64,000 nucleotides of DNA from an uncultured Dehalococcoidia bacterium (lineage in GTDB: Bacteria; Chloroflexota; Dehalococcoidia; DSTF01; JACRBR01), in contig CAYJMG010000020.1 in the NCBI GenBank assembly GCA_964371355.1, positions 130 through 64,129 on the forward strand, in the 5' to 3' direction. This document shows, piece by piece, positions 63,040 through 64,000 of the stretch. The position numbers and the translations under genes were made by a program. The notes under the pieces were generated by a model, which did no database searches, was not told the origin of the DNA, and worked only from the letters and a program-made list of their open reading frames with translations. Every line of letters begins with the position of its first letter. Within the stretch, counting starts at the first letter, position 1.

Positions 63040-63933
63040 CTAGCAGAAGCCTTCGGGGTCGAAGCGGCAGGCGTGGGTGGCGATGAAGTCCTCCAGCAGC
63101 CCCTCGTCGTACTCGTCGTACTTGAAGTTCAGCACGCGGGTCCACGCGGAGGCGCCGATCGTCCCGATCGGCAGGTCGAGGTCGATCGACATGACGACGC
63201 GGTCGTCGTGATTGTCGATACGGTTGTTCGCGAGGTCCTCGATCTGCGTCACCACGTCGAGGCAGGCCTGGTCGTCCTCGGCACAGTTCCAGCCGATGTA
63301 CACGCCGGCGTGCTCCAGGGTGTGCGCGATCGCGTCGCGGGGGATCTCGACGTCATGCGGGTACACGTCGGGGTCCGGCGGGATGTTGATGATCTTGCCG
63401 TCGCCGATGTCGACGTTGCGCTGCACGCCCAGGTGCTCGCCCGAGGCGGGCGGGTTCGCGTTGTGGCAGTCCAGCGGGATCGGCGTGACGCTGGGCGCGT
63501 GCGGGGTAGGGCTGTTGATCGAGGTCGGCGTCGCCGTCGGCGGCACGGCGCCCGGCGTCGAGCCGTATGCCAGGCCGCTGCGCGTCTTCGCCAGGTCCGA
63601 CTGCTCCACGCCCTCGCAGAACGGGAACGTGACGTGGCCGATGAGGCCTTCATCGAAGTGGCCGCGCCCCTGGTCGGCGACGTAGGTGCCCGGCAGGTCG
63701 GGGCTGTCGTCCGCCGCCGCCTTCTCCGGCCCGGAGAGCCCACCGCCGCCTCCGCTGTTCGCTTGAAAGATCAGGTAGGCCAGCAGCGCCACCACCAGGA
63801 TGATGCCCCCGGCGATCGCCAACGGCATCGTCGGCAGCCCCCTGTCCGCCGCCACCCGCTGAGGCGTGCGCCGGTTCGGTGGCGTCCCGCCGCCCTGCTG
63901 CTTCCGGTCCTGTCGTCGCTGTTCTCGGCTCAT
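63040..63933 (-). CDS. DUF3105-domain membrane-anchored protein
   Basis: GAGGAG RBS. Basic N-terminus plus TM (MPLAIAGGIILVVALLAYLIF). NANPPASGEHL and AIAHTLEHAGVYIGWNC motifs resemble the P-P-x-S-G-x-H and H-x-L-E-H-G signatures I recall for DUF3105. Confidence 0.7.
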   Translation of the reverse strand: MSREQRRQDRKQQGGGTPPNRRTPQRVAADRGLPTMPLAIAGGIILVVALLAYLIFQANSGGGGGLSGPEKAAADDSPDLPGTYVADQGRGHFDEGLIGHVTFPFCEGVEQSDLAKTRSGLAYGSTPGAVPPTATPTSINSPTPHAPSVTPIPLDCHNANPPASGEHLGVQRNVDIGDGKIINIPPDPDVYPHDVEIPRDAIAHTLEHAGVYIGWNCAEDDQACLDVVTQIEDLANNRIDNHDDRVVMSIDLDLPIGTIGASAWTRVLNFKYDEYDEGLLEDFIATHACRFDPEGFC

Positions 63934-64000
63934 CTACAACGAGTCTCCTCTGCACCGATATGGCGCCCCCTCAGAGCGCCGCGCCATTATGACACGAGAT

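Overview
High-GC (roughly 65-70% by eye) bacterial chromosomal segment, densely coding on both strands. I call about 55 CDS, 2 pseudogenes/gene remnants and 1 tRNA. There is no rRNA, CRISPR array, transposase, integrase or phage gene. Gene content looks Actinobacteria- or Chloroflexi-like, but the taxon cannot be fixed from the sequence alone.

Housekeeping anchors:
- dnaG-rpoD, aspS, secG, bioB and tRNA-Val(GAC)
- a nuoI/nuoG-like pair

Cell-envelope and stress genes make up most of the rest:
- a partial L,D-transpeptidase, which the ORF track misses because it runs off the left edge, next to an ECF sigma/anti-sigma pair
- two OmpR-type two-component systems
- two MacB-type ABC exporter modules whose membrane-fusion adaptors carry unusually long coiled coils
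- lemA-htpX, three tandem DUF2207 paralogues (one frameshifted) and a DUF3105 protein

Metabolic blocks:
- a translationally coupled 8-gene operon: radical SAM, DoxX, ACAD-like flavoprotein, cytosolic PhnD-like protein, DUF2064, radical SAM/SPASM, DUF2079 and GT2
- a CUT1 sugar ABC importer with a tandemly duplicated binding protein
- a CoA-transferase and a ThDP enzyme
- a NirJ/Ahb-like radical SAM pair

Non-coding structure worth a second look:
1. A 13-tract G-run array and its inverted 4-tract partner bracket a terminator upstream of the DUF2207 cluster.
2. A ~350-bp copy of a response-regulator 5' end plus its divergent promoter/operator sits in front of the second exporter module.
3. An ~300-nt intergenic element occurs twice, one copy containing 3.5 tandem 52-bp units.
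4. Several candidate operator repeats are present.

All product calls rest on motif recognition in the translated ORFs. No database search was possible, and start codons are often ambiguous in this GC-rich DNA.
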